Source: Chiloscyllium plagiosum (lineage: Eukaryota). From it: a stretch of DNA of 64,000 nucleotides. The notes beneath the pieces are model-generated. The model saw only the letters and a list, made by a program, of their open reading frames with translations. It ran no database searches and had not been told where the DNA came from. This document shows positions 24,096-37,228 of this stretch, one piece after another (position 1 is the stretch's first letter; each line of letters starts with the position of its first letter). The translations under genes were made by a program, and so were the position numbers. Location of the stretch: positions 71,400,511-71,464,510 of the forward strand of contig NC_057711.1 in assembly GCF_004010195.1 (NCBI RefSeq), written 5' to 3'.

Positions 24096-26204
24096 ATGAC
24101 ACAATATGTTAGCTTTGATTTCCGTCCATAGATGCTATCACAACTGTTGAGTTTTTCCAGCAACTTCTGCTTTTTGTTTCTGATTTCTAATATCCACAGT
24201 TGTTTTGTTTTTTTTTGTTGAAAAGTTAAGGTAGTTATTTTTGACCAGCGCAGGCATGATGAGATGAAAGACCTTTTCCTGTGCTGTAGACCTCTATAAT
24301 TGGGAAGTCCTTGCTACCAGTCTTAGAAAATGGCAATAATTTGTCTGTCAGGCTTCATAATGCTTTGAGCTGAAATGTTCTAATGAGGAGGCAGAACAGC
24401 AGCAGCGAAGGAAGGAAAGGCAGTAAATACTGCATCCAGGATTGTATTAAAACATGAGGCTTGTACCCAAAGTTCTGAGAGTTGAGAATTGTCCTGCTCC
24501 ATCAGACAAAGCTGCATGTTGGAAACCTACAAGCTTCAGTAGGTGTCATCCTCGAATTGAGGCGTTTCTGACAGAATTAAAGTACACTTAATGCATTAGA
24601 TGGCTTGAGCAAACAAAATAATTGTTATTCCGTGAGAAACCAATTTCTGGAAATGACCTTCACTACTTGTTCCATGAGAACATTCGGAATTGCAACACAA
24701 ACGCAATTCAGAAAAATGCACAATTTTTATGATAATTTAGAATTTTTATTTACAAAACCTATCAATGGGCATGGGCCGGGAAGTAACTTGGGTGTTACTC
24801 AATCACAGAGATGTGAAGCAAGTTCCTGTATGTATGTCGAAAAAAATAACTGTAATATCATCAATAAACATTTGACAATTACCAGATACTATCAAAGCGG
24901 TTCATCTATCAAAAAAAAGGAAGAGTGTTTCAAAGAGAATTCCATCCATACATTCATTGATTTTATTTTCCTAGCGTTGTTTTCTTTATGACATACAACC
25001 ATAACCAGAAAGTAAGTCAGCGAATGATTTATGTTTGAAGTGTAAATAGGCTGTTTTGACATCCATGTGGCTGTTCAAATGAGTTGCATGCATGTCTGTA
25101 TATTTATGAATAGCTTGAAAAAGCCACTTGCCTGTTAAGCTCTATGTGAATAATTTCTGCAGAATAAGACCTTTAATATGCTCTGTACAATTTCCAGTGT
25201 TACTCTGTAAGATTTCCTTTTAAAAGAACCATACAGAGAGCACAATGAAAATGTAGAAAAGTGCTGTATTCAAAAAAAATTATCTTTGTGTTTCAATTCT
25301 AAAAGAATTCTTGAGATTTTTTCTCTGACAATTTATTAGTTAAATCACTTGTGCAAAATTCACTTGTAAAATAAGTTGATGCTCCAACTAATCCATATTA
25401 AGAAATAAATCAATTATCTAAATAGTACACAACGGAATTTTACACAATTATGTTACAGTGCTGGAGGAAACTAAACCCTTACGTCTGGACTTTGGATACC
25501 AAGCCAGCAGCTCATGTTGGGAAGTTTCCCAACCCACCCAGGCCTGATTTGGTAGAAAGTGCCCTGATAACATGGAACTTGTGTTGAGGTCAGGATGGAG
25601 TTGAATCCCCCGACACTAGAAGTTGAGTGTTGGCTCCACACAGGCAAATTGACTAGATTTCACCCCTGTTGTTGTTAGAGGATTTTTAACCCTCAGGCCC
25701 TCATCCCTTGCACATCCCTGCAGCCCCAACCTCATATCACTTCCATTGCCCCTTACTCCTTCCAGGCCATCTCATGTCAACATATGACTGTCAACTGGCC
25801 CAGCCCCCTTATACTTTTCATGCCAACTCAATCCCCCTTGTCGTCCTCATAGAACCTTGGAGTCACAATTCCAAGCCAATACCAACTCATGCCCCAACCA
25901 AAGCATGGCTCCTTATGTTCCATGCCAGCTAATGTCAAGGAAGCATATTGAAGCCTGGCTGTAAGCCATGGCCAATAAAAACATTAATTCAGTTTTGACA
26001 ACTGGAACGTATTGTTAGCTTAGCTTGATTGACGTCTGAGTGGTTACAGCAAGTTGCTTTTTTGTCAATGTTTCAGTGTTTATTTGGACAAGTTTAAGAG
26101 GTGAGTAGAGTTTGAAGCAACTTTTATTGATATTTTAATACTCTGTCAGACAGTTGTAACAGTAGCAGTTTTGTTCAAATGACAATTTGTAAATAGCAAA
26201 AGGT

Positions 26205-26815
26205 TTACATGCAAGTAATTAGGAATACTAACAGAATGTTATCATTCACGATGAAGGGAATTGAATACAAAATTAGGGTTCAATCATACATGGCACTACT
26301 GGGACCACATCTGCACTTAGTATCAGGCTTCTTACTTAAGGAAAAATGGAAATGCATTAGAAGCAGTTCAGAGATTTCCCAATTCAGCACCTGGATTGGG
26401 TGGGTTGTCTTACAGTGAAAAGTTGGAGGTGCTGTGCACCCATACGCTGGAGTTTAGAAAAGTAAGAAATGACTTAATTGAAACATGTAAGATCATGAGG
26501 GGTTTTGACAGGTTGAATGCCGAAAAGATGCTTCTTGTGGGAGAATCTAGAACTAGAGTTCACTATTTAAAATAAAAAATGCCTAATTAAGGTAGAAATA
26601 AGGAGAACTTCTTTTTCTCTCACAGAGGGTGATAAGTCTTAGAATGAAGAAGAGTTTTGAATCTTTTTGAGGCAGAGGCCAATAGATTCTTGAGTAGCAA
26701 GAGAGTGAAAGATTATCAGATGTCACAGGATTTTGAAATAATCAGATCAACCATGATCTTATTGAATAGTGGAATCAGTTTGAGAGGCCTACGTATGCTC
26801 CTAATTTACATGTTT
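26205..26815 (+). mobile_element. Old CR1-type LINE 3' fragment
   Basis: MQVIRNTNRMLSFTMKGIEYK...LLGPHL; gacttaattgaaacatgtaagatcatgagggg; gaatctagaactagag. Confidence 0.8.
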
Positions 26816-27039
26816 GTAAGATTTTTTTTCTTTAGCAGTTTCACTTTTAATATTGCTATTGTTATTACTTGACTTATTCATCATGTAGATATTTGGTGTA
26901 CATTGGGTGAATGAGCAAGAAAGAAGATATAGAGACTATTTTTGGCCATAATCAAAACATTGGACTTTAATATAGATGACACAGAATCTAAAAGTAATGT
27001 ACAGGGATTATGGTAAAGCTTGCCCTACACAGACCTTAC

Positions 27040-27300
27040 ACCCACTTTATGAATGACAGCACAAAATCAATGATGATTCCACACATCTGCAAGCAAAGCT
27101 TCCATCTATTTCTGAAATGTTCAAGGGAGCACACTGCCAAGTCAAGGCTGGGAGGTGTACAATGGAAAGTTCACATCTCCACTCTCCCTCATGGTGCATT
27201 GACCTGCCAAGAGAATCTGCACAAAGTGCTGCCTCCTTCAGGTTAAACACTGTCCAACAGGGTGCTCAAGCATTTCAAGGCAATTTAGCAGTCCACACAA
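27040..27300 (+). mobile_element. Possible highly decayed RTE-type LINE fragment
   Basis: ISTLPHGALTC resembles RTE LSTLLYGxETW; the 15-mer gatgattccacacat also occurs at about 2332. Confidence 0.3.
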
Positions 27301-27759
27301 ACTCTGAAACTTTGAAGAGCTAACTGATGATGGAACAGTCAAAGCTGGGCACCTTAGGACTACTCCCTGTCAGCTGTCTATCATGAATGACTTTGCTGCA
27401 CAATGCCTGGATATCATACACTGACAGAAGCTGTAAAAGTGACCTGACAATATTAGTGCCCTTTCTCACTGGTTGCCACTTTGTCCCTAACCGTGAGTAA
27501 GATCTGTCAAGTGTGGATACTTGAAAATGGCATCACCTGATGATATTAAGCATAAAATAAAATAATACAGATACAAAAACATTTATTCAGCAGCAGGAAA
27601 GTTCAACAACCATAAAAATATCCAGATCTACATATTCTTTGGAAGAATAAGAAGGTACACTTTGAAAGGAAGTGAAAGCCAGATCATTCATCCTGGAAGC
27701 AGGTTTGAATTGAACTCTATCTGACTTCTTATGTAACTCCATCATGGTCTCTTGGGTGT

Positions 27760-28600
27760 CCTTCCTGGCCTGTGTCCTGATCCTCCTCATCATCTTTATT
27801 TTCAGAAGGTTGCTCTCGATTCCGCCATTTCCTCTGCAACCAGGACATTCTCCACTTCGGTCAGTTCCAGTTGTAAAGGGCTATTGTATGCCACAATGAT
27901 ACAGTACATCATTTCTGGGTTGTCCTTCAGTGTGTCAAAATCTTATTTTGAAGAGTCCAATGGTCTGTTTCATTATAGTTCTTGTGGACTTATTGGCTGC
28001 ATTATTAACTCCATTTTGCAAATGTCTGAGCATTACATAAAGGATCCATCAACCATAGTTGAGGGGGTAGCCTTTGTTTCCCAACTGTCATCCTAGTATA
28101 GTCTGAAGAGCATGGAAAGAGGCAGAAACTTCTGTGTTCTTTAGTGTGTATGCATTATTGCAGGACATCCACAGCAGACCAATAAAATCTGGTATTTCTG
28201 CTCACTTATAACCACTGTGCATTGCTGGTAGGGCACTTTGAGAGCAATATGGTTGTAGTCTTTCAGGAACAGCTGGCGATGGTGAACAATGCACTGCCCA
28301 AGCTTGATTCTCCTCATCATGGGGGAAAAATATAAATTGGTGTAAGGTGGACAAAATAGAATCAGTGACTTTGTGGATGGCTTTGTGGGTCAAGCAGTGG
28401 GAGATGCCACACAGGACCCCAATAGCTCCTTGAAATGCATCACATACAAATTCAAATTAGCTGTACCCTTGACAGCCATTGGGATAGGATGACAATCAGT
28501 CAGTTAGAGCACAGGCCCTGCTCCAACAAATGACACCATTCAGTAATGATTGTCCAGGCCATAGTTTCCATCTGCCCTGGTTCTCCGACTGTTGCAAATA
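27760..28600 (-). pseudogene. Decayed PIF/Harbinger transposase
   Basis: Collinear minus-strand motifs: HPIPMAVKGTANLNLY; FQGAIGVLCGISHCLTHKAIHKVTDSILSTLHQFIFFP; LGNKGYPL then WLMDPLCN; PEMMYCIIVA. These match the Harbinger order LPVAVKV / FQ..GD..GISQ....VTDA / LGDKGYPL..WLMTP / IIVACC. Confidence 0.75.
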
Positions 28601-29934
28601 ATGACAATGAGGCCTGTAGATGCAGAAATCTGTTCATCTCCTTCCAGTTCCTTGTGGGATCTTCACTGTTGCCTCTCCCTGTAAAGGCAGCTGCTGGAAG
28701 TTACTATTCTTGCTGTTGACTGATAATATTGTCATTGCTCTCTGCTTCCACATTGTGTTCACCTGTGCACCAGAGCTTCAGAAAATCCAGCAACTGCAGT
28801 ATTTATCTCAGATAGATAGTTGATAATCTGTGAGAAATGTTGAAAATAGAACAGCATTTCATAAATGCTACTCCTGAGCTCTCAATCAATATAAAGTATC
28901 ACATTATTCCCTGACATTGTGTGCTATAGATACTTTGCAAGGAGGTTAATGTCAAGCCTTTATAAAGAGTTCTGAGGTATGTCCAGCTGTATATTGCTTA
29001 TTCAAGATACTAATGCTACAGTGGGTAAGTGAAATTCTGGTAGTAACCCAGCATCATAGCAGCTGCTCCATCAAAAAGCCACTCTTGAACATCGTAGACT
29101 ATGTCTTTACATACCTACAGTTCAGTGTTCAAATGTGGCTGCTCCAACGGGTTGTCTTCCAGTAGAGATGTCAAATATAATCCAAAAGTAACAAACTCAG
29201 GTAAGACTGCTAAGTTAGTAACTGACTAGATTTCTATACTGAAAGGAGGTAAATAGTGCACACAATCTCAGGGCCATGATTGCTTGAGACCAAAATTTTT
29301 AATGTTCATTCTTGCAAAAGGAATGACCTGCACACTTATTGCAATGCTGTGAAACATGTACCTTGTGAAAACTTCCTTCCCTGTTTTGCTCCAGGGAATC
29401 CCACTCTTCTATCTTGAATTGCCAACTTTCAATATAAACTCAGTGACCCAGTGCAATGAATTCCAATACCAGAATGGAGTTTCCCACTTGTCTAGGAGAA
29501 CACATGCTGGCCCATGTTAAGCCATCTGACTATTAATGCCCTCCGGGACTGACCATGGCCCAAAGCTCCAGCATGATTTGGCAGGATAGGCACAACTCCT
29601 GGCCCAGTCTCCAGACTGATGGCCCCCCAGTGCCCCAAATGACTTACTGCAGTTCCCAGACTGGTTGCACTTGGCCTGCAGGACTGACAATGGCCCAACC
29701 CTATGATTGCAATAGCACAGATCCCTGGACTCTGCAAGGATTAAGTACCTTACCATGGTGATCCCTTGAACTAAAATCAGATGAGCTTGTTGGTTGACTG
29801 TGGCAGTACCCTTACAAGCTATAGTTCCCATCTTGACCCCTTTGACTTTCAGACATGGTTATTTGCAGAAGTACATACAGTGTATTTGCTTCACAAGCTG
29901 CTGGTATGTGCTATATATATAATATAATATATGC

Positions 29935-30252
29935 TATTCATTCATGGGATGTGGGCATTGCCCCCACATTTATTGCCCATCCGAGAGTCAACCACATTGC
30001 TGTGGATTTGGAGTCACATGTTGACTGTAGACTAGGTAAGGATGGTAGTTCCTTTCCTTAAAGGGCATTAATGAACCAGATGAGTTTTCTGACAATCAAC
30101 AATGGATTCATAGTCATCATTAGACTCTTAATTCCAGATTTTTGTTGAATTCAAATTCTACCACCTGTTGTGGCAGGATTCGAACCTAGGTCCCCAGAGC
30201 ATTACTTGGGTCTCTGGATTTTCAGTTCAGTGATAATAGGCCATTGCCTTCC
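29935..30252 (-). mobile_element. Second SINE family, near full length
   Basis: Minus strand has a B-box-like ggttcgaatcc, body ccacagcaatgtggttgactct and tail atgcccacatcccatgaatgaata, related to the 3' end of the second LINE family. Confidence 0.8.
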
Positions 30253-30727
30253 CTTACTGTGTTATTGATATAGCCCCTTGCTGTACTGCAACATGACCAT
30301 CCCTTGACTGTCCAGTGATCCAAACCATGACAAGGTGCCTATTTCTCTCTCTGCACTACAAAGCTGTACAAGATACAGTTGGCAATCTCCAAGTAATCAC
30401 TAAGTGAGTGAGCACGAAGAAAGTTAACACAGAACCATAAGATATATGTCCAGTGTAGATGCATGAGACGTGTGGATGTCCAAAATGGCAGAAGCATGCA
30501 AGTTGTAGATGTCCCTGAGCTGCAAAGTGAAGTCCTGAAAGGGCTGAAGTAGTGTATGAATCAGTCCCAAAACAAGCAAGATGATGTGGTGAGGTACATG
30601 GTTTGCTGCCCTCTTGTGTGGTGGAGGAAGTAGAGCATGGTGACTGAGTGGAAAATTGTTGGTGCTGTAAACCAGAAATTATGGGTGTGAGCCCTATCCC
30701 TGCCTGAAGGCTCATGGTCAGATTTTT

Positions 30728-31025
30728 GGCATGTCATAATGGCTCAGTGTTAGCACCGCTGCCTGGCAGTGCCGGGACCCAGGTTCGATTTCGCTCTGAG
30801 GTGATTTCTGTGGAGTTTGCACATTTTCCCCAAGTCTATATGAGTTTCCTCCCTCAGTCCAAAGATGTGCAGGTTAGGTGGATTGACAATGCTAAATTGT
30901 CCCCTAGCGTCCAGAGATGTGCAGGCTGGGTGAATTTGCCATGGGAAATGCAGGGTGACAGGTAGGAGGTAGGTTTGGGTGGCATCCTCTGTAGAGGATC
31001 GGTGTAGGCTCGATGGGATTCTATG
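30728..31025 (+). mobile_element. HE1-type SINE (older)
   Basis: tggctcagtgttagcaccgctgcc...ggttcgatt...tgtggagtttgcac...cagtccaaagatgtgcagg...gggattctatg. Confidence 0.88.
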
Positions 31026-31788
31026 AGATACTGCTGAAGATGGTGTTGATTGAGCACTTTGGAACATTATTGTGAAGACAGAGTTGTCTGAAAGCCCAGA
31101 GACGCAAGCAATAATCTTCTACTGCTAGGAAACCATTTGGACTTTCATTTTTGGAACTGGCTCCATCTATTTTCAGAAGGTTAAAGGGGAGAATTGGAAG
31201 CTGTAAAATAAGGGACAAGTTTAGCTAATAAGGAGTTACAAGTACATAGAATTAAAGTAGTTGCTCCTTGTTAGCGAGGTTCAGATACATTATTTAAATC
31301 CTAGGGTGATCATTGGAAGTGTTTCACCCCAACATCAAAAATCAATATTTTCTATTTTCACCATATTTTGCAATCCTTCTCACCATTGCCCGCACTCCTC
31401 AAGGGGAGTGGAAACTTGTTCCCTAAAATACCTTTGGAGGAGTTCTTATTCAATTTGTGACATTTGAATTTTCTCCGGCTTCCAACAAGAAATTTAACCC
31501 AAAATATATCAAACTTTGTCTGTCTGGTCTAAGTGAAATTGTATCCAAGTTTCACACACAAGCTGCTATAAACCTGACCATAAAATTTCTTGTGAATCTG
31601 CAAAATCCACAAGTGGAATTGATATGTGTATGGAACAAAGCCAATGGGGCCTCAAGGTACAGGATTGGGTAATGTAAAAGAGTAGGAAAAGAATATTCCT
31701 TTACAGAATAAAGCAAGAGACTACAGCATTTCTCTTTATGTCCGACAAATCTTTGTGGATATCCAATGAAAAGTGATAACACTTTTGT

Positions 31789-32110
31789 GGGCGGCACGGT
31801 GGCACAGTGGTTAGCACTGCTGCCTCACAGCGCCAGAGACCCGGGTTCAATTCCCGCCTCAGGCGACTGACTGTGTGGAGTTTGCACGTTCTCCCCGTGT
31901 CTGCGTGGGTTTCCTCCGGGTGCTCCAGTTTCCTCCCACAGTCCAAAGATGTGCAGGTCAGGTGAATTGGCCATGTTAAATTGCCCGTAGTGTTAGGTAA
32001 GGGGAAAATGTAGGAGTATGGGTGGGTTACGCTTCGGCGGGTCGGTGTGGACTTGTTGGGCCGAAGGGCCTGTTTCCACACTGTAATGTAATCTAATCTA
32101 AAATCTAATC
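31789..32110 (+). mobile_element. HE1-type SINE, young full-length copy
   Basis: A-box tggcacagtgg, B-box ggttcaattcc, V-SINE-like central domain, CR1-like tail gggccgaagggcctgtttccacactgta and (taatc)n; CpGs retained. Confidence 0.97.
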
Positions 32111-35100
32111 ACTGTCAGTCCAAGTTTTGAATTAAGTCTTGTATTGAAGCTACTCATACATTGTTAGAATTCAACAGTTTCCATTCCTGTACAAGAGGTG
32201 CAATTTCTAATGCTAAGAAAATGCAGACTTGGAACAGTTGCAAATAGCCTCTTCCCAAGTTTCTCCCCAATGACTGGAAATGTTAACTCTCAATTAGTCA
32301 AATAAACTTACCAATTTATTCAATGATTAAATGAAGACTGATTCACAACAAGAGCAGTCCAGATTGTCTGTCACAATTAATTCCTCTGAAATGAATGCAT
32401 AGAATTTAGGCTGTTGAACAGGCTTTCAAGTCACCTTTAATATAATAGAAGGGGAAAACCATTCTGATACAAAGTAGGACATGATATTTATAATATAACT
32501 CATCAGTGTTTTTTATTTCAAGCACTTGTTTTTTACATCAATACAGCTTCACAGGTGCCGCTTACTAACCTACCCAGATATCCACATATGAACATTAATA
32601 GCAACTGTTGGCAGGTTACTAAACCTTGGGGGCGTCTCCGCCAATCTAATTTTAACCTTTGGGATCTGCAAAAATACATGCAACAGGAATGATGGGATGA
32701 TTATCAGGAGCTGAGCCACTTTCTCTTTTCCAAATGTAAAAATACAGCAAGAAAATGTTACAAAATAGCAGAAGTTAGTCCCTTAATTTAGATCTGAATT
32801 GATTTATCAAAACAAATGTCTGATTAGCTGAAGATGAAGAATTGAGTCTGGGACCTTCCTGATCTCTGTGGCATAGCTACTCATTAGAAAAGCACTTTGA
32901 GCATTGCAGGAGCTCACAGTGCTATTGTCATATCAATGAATTATACGGAGAGGCCAGCCTTGGAAAAGGTAGTTGAAAAATTTATGATTATGACAGAAAA
33001 CGTATGTGTATTTATGGAACAGTACAAATCAAAGTACGTGGGCCACATGGGAGCAGAGATTGCAAAAGCTCCTCAGTAACCATGAATCATTATGTAACAC
33101 CTGGAGTTTACAATTCTTATAATCAACGGAAGTTTTTTATTATTGGTGTCCGCTGAAGTTACTGTTTATTTTACACAGATTTGTAAGTTTGATATTTTGG
33201 ATGAGCAGATCATATATTTTAAGTCTATAAAGTACAGTTGCTATTATTTCAGCTATTTACAACTCATTAATCACAACTGAATGTATGACCCATGTAACAT
33301 AACGTGTACAAGTCTATTTTTGTAAGCTTAAGGTTTGGAGAAAGTCAGAAGCAGATTTAAATGTTTGAGAGCTAATGAGGTCATATTATTCAATCTGTCT
33401 CATTCATGTAGCTCCTTCACCCTAATAAAAAAAACATTATAAGCAGCTAATAGTGATAATACCTTTGACTCAGGTCCTCAGGATGTACTCTTTTCGAACA
33501 CTAAAGCCTCATAAACCCATGAACAATGCAATAATGCACCAACCCCATTTGAATGATTTCATTTATCACTAATAGCTTCTTTTCAAATTGTATTTGCATG
33601 TTACTACAGTAATCTATTTGCTGTAATCTTGAATCCAAATCAGTTTGAAGCTGTGATCGGTCATTTTTAGTTAAGAATCTTCTAGCTATTAAATTGACCT
33701 GAGACTGGCACGTGCTTTCTAGGAAGGGATCGACAGGCATCTAAGCATCTCACTTTATCTATTTTTATTTTTAATGAAAGCATTCTAAAGTTAATTTAAT
33801 CCTTTAAAAGTATTGCGGCTGCACTGAGATTTAATGAAGGCTTAATCAACATCAGCTTTGAGAGTTCTTTGTGTGCAATCCGCTGCTAGATAAATTACTT
33901 AACACAGGGAAATTGAACACTAATGTATTATGCAACAGATTAGTTTTTTTTACATTTGCATAATGTGTTACAAATGACCTACAGTTTCAAGCAACAGAAA
34001 CTCAATAAAAAATGAAAGTTGAAAGAATGACTGATGTCAATATTCCAATTATTTCATGTTTGCCTATGGATCAAATGTGGCTTATTATTATTACTAAATA
34101 TCCAGCTGGACTTTCACCAGCAGATCACTTTTGCCACATAGCTATCCATCCTGTGGGGCTGTACATTGTGGATTATGCTTGTTTGCAATCTGCGATTTTA
34201 TCTGCTGCAGGATCTGAGCTCAGATAGCTGAATGTCTTTGAATCACAGGGTCAAGGACAAAGACCCATCTGCTGTCAACATCAAGCTTGACAACTGCTAC
34301 CTCGATTTATTTAATAATCTGCTTCTCTTCTAACAGCCCAGACTCTTAAATACCTGTATGGGCACTGTCAATAGTGTTTAGCTGAAGTGTAATATTACAT
34401 GAATCACAGGCCCTTTAGGCTGTATAATGGACTGGTAATTTATTACTGAAGGACAGGGCTGTTCTGAAAATTCTACGAGCACATGTGGCACGGTATGAAT
34501 TATCTAGGCACAAGGGCAGCAGATGCTCTCATTAAATTTACAGTCATTGCCAGTGGAGAGTGAAGTGTTTTTTTTAAAAAAGTATATACGCAGCTGTGGC
34601 CCTATGATGATATATGTGCCTGTAACACTAGACTAGCACTAAATACAATGGACAGATTGAACACTCTGCTGAAACACCCTGCTCAAATAGAAGTAAACAC
34701 TTCCATTTGATCAAAGAAATGAGGCATTCATCATTCAAAACCTTTTACTTTAATTAGACTTTAGAATTTTAAGTATGCACCTTTTTTCCAGTACATATGT
34801 GGGAGTAAGATTTCAATTTAATCATGTCTTTCATATTCTATGTATGGTGAAGGTTTTTGTGTATTGTTTGGAGAGAAGTTATATATTGCTTAAGAGACAT
34901 AACATAGTCAGCAACAAATTCCTGACCCAAAAAAAATGCATTTTAGGAAAGCAATAAAGATCTCAATGAGAGGGTATAATCTTTCAACATGTTGTTTTTC
35001 CTGAAAGTAAGATTCGAGAACTGCCATCTACCATTTCAGTACATTATGCAAACACCTTCTAAGGCTCCTAGCAACTGAGTTTATTAATGTTTAACTTCAT

Positions 35101-35734
35101 TGAGTACTGAATTTCTCTGACATTTTACAAGACACACACCATATTTCATCACAAAACATGCCCTGGAATTGCATTCAGCAATTGTGATACTGAATAGGAA
35201 AGTGGGTGGATGAAAAGATCAAACTATAATTATATGCTACGTAACCTTTTTATTGCAACATATACTAAAAAGCCTTTATTGATCTGCTAAAATGTGATTC
35301 CCCCATAGAATTTTATTTTAATTATTAAAATTGCAGGAAGCTGCCCTTTAGGAGTTCAACAAAATGTATTTTAAAGGGCACTAAAGATCTAATTTTTAAA
35401 TAATGGGGAAATTTTACATTGGAATGGGGAGGGGCGCAGAAAACCAGCAGGAGCAGATTTGCCACTCATTATACATTTTTCATGAATTTTCTTATAATTG
35501 GCAGTAAAAAGATTCAGATATCCTAGAGAACAATCAGTATTATTTTACCAGTTAGGTCATGCCTTCCAACCTGACTAGGGTTTGCTGAGGGTCAGCTAGG
35601 CTAGTATTGGACATTAATCCAGTAACAATAGCTCACTTAGATAGCTCCCTTTTTTCAAAAGACAGAACAGAGTTCCATTTATGAGACCAATAAGGAAGTT
35701 TAAAGCTCATGAAAAAGGCCTGTAGACAAATTGT

Positions 35735-36372
35735 CTAGACTGGTTTGAGAATTAGCCTGGCAGTGTAAGGCAAAAAGTGATAATAAACAGAACATGCGCC
35801 AACTGGGTAAAAACTAATTAGTGAAGTTCTACAAGGAACCCCTACAACCTACAATATTCATGACTAAGATGGAACAAGACTCCTATGTCATGTTGCAAAA
35901 ATTGTTCTTGACACGAGCGAGTTGTGTAATAATGAGAGTTTGGACAAGATGGGTTTGTTTCCATTGGAGTTTAGAAAAGAATGGTGACTTGATTGAAGTG
36001 AATAATATCCTGAATAGCCTTGACAGGGATGGATATGGAAAGGATGTTTCTTCTTATGTGAGTCCAGAACTAGGGGAAACTGTTTTAACATTAAAAGGTC
36101 ACCCTTTCAGGACAGAGTATGAGGTGAATGTTTCATCTTAGAGGGTTGTGCAGCTTTGGAACTCTGTATCAGAAGATGGTGAGTGCGGGATCAATGAATA
36201 TTTTTAATAGCCGGGTAGATAGGTTTTTGTTAGGCAGAGGATTTGACAGTTATCTTGGGTAGATAGGGATGTGTATTTTGAAATATAAACAGATATGCCA
36301 TGATCTGACTGAATGGCAGAGCAGGTTTGACGGGTCGAACGGTCTACTTTTGATCTTATTTCATATGCTTGT
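35735..36372 (+). mobile_element. Old CR1-type LINE fragments
   Basis: NGDLIEVNNILNSLDR; gagtccagaactagggg; 3' tail gccatgatctgactgaatggcagagcagg. Confidence 0.75.
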
Positions 36373-36882
36373 ATAAGCCCCGTAGACAATCATGAATGGA
36401 ATGAAGTCAGGTTATCTGCAGAGAATATGAATCAGTATAAATTAGTGGAGATGGATATGATAGGGAACAAAAATGGGCATTAAATTTATAAATCTCCCTT
36501 CATGTGATCAAGATTTGCTAAAATGTGTACTTGCAATGAAATACCTTTTGAACGATTGTCATTACTTATTGGAAACAAATGCAGCAGTCACAAGGAATAA
36601 ATGAGAAATATATGATCAGGAAATCTGTTTGAATAATGTTAATTCAAAAATAATTGAGAGAAGCACCCTAATTTGACCTTGTTGACACTTCCAAGAGTTT
36701 GCTTGACATACCTTCACGTGCCTTGGGTAGTTCCAAAGGGTTTATGCAGCATTTAAACACAACCTTTGCCAAAGATAAGAGTCCCAAGAGTCACCTGACT
36801 CTTCATCCCCAAAATATCCTTGACATCCACCCCCAAGCGATTCTTGAAGCAATGCCCCACTGCACACTTTGCAACTTTTTTT

Positions 36883-37228
36883 CATAGAATCCCTAAAGTG
36901 TGGAAGCAGGCCATTCGGCCTATTGACTCAACCTTCCGAAGACCATCCCACCAAGATCCACCTTCCCTACCCTATCCCTGTAACCTGCATTTATCAGGGC
37001 TTATCCATCTAGCCTGCACATCCCTGGACATGATGGGCAATTTAACATGGCCAGTCTTCCTAACCTGCACGTCTTAGGATCTGTGGGAGGAAACCAGAGC
37101 ACCCAGAGGAAATCCATGCAGACACAGAGAATGTGCAAATTCCACACAGACAATCGGCTGAGGTTGGAATCAAAGCTGGGTCCCTGGTGCTGGGAGGCAG
37201 TAGTGCTAACCACTAAGCCAATGTACCT
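36883..37228 (-). mobile_element. HE1-type SINE (older, duplicated central segment)
   Basis: catagaatccctaaagtgtggaagcaggcc...gaggcagtagtgctaaccact. Confidence 0.9.

Larger units (their letters stand above)
21349..24216 (+). mobile_element. Decayed Penelope-like element (RT + GIY-YIG + terminal repeat)
   Basis: IKPVNKGGAVVVWRTDLYIAEA, FYLLPKIHKQDCPGRPIV, LTLNNFSFN...MAMGTHMGPS, FLRYISD, LVCCIHCSQCGLLYIGE; family B hammerhead start at 23773; flanks gttgaaaaagt (21338-21348) / gttgaaaagt (24217-24226). Confidence 0.9.

Noticed and set aside
27323..27550. Isolated CTGATGA words (also at about 606, 13856, 51216 and 60087)
   Set aside because: No following hairpin plus GAAA box, so they are not hammerheads.
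31789..31860. tRNA-like sequence with A and B boxes
   Set aside because: It is the head of an HE1 SINE, repeated in several copies, not a tRNA gene.
33160..33190. cag-ATTT-gtaagt possible 4-nt exon
   Set aside because: Frame-shifting, weak exonic donor context and no supporting motifs.
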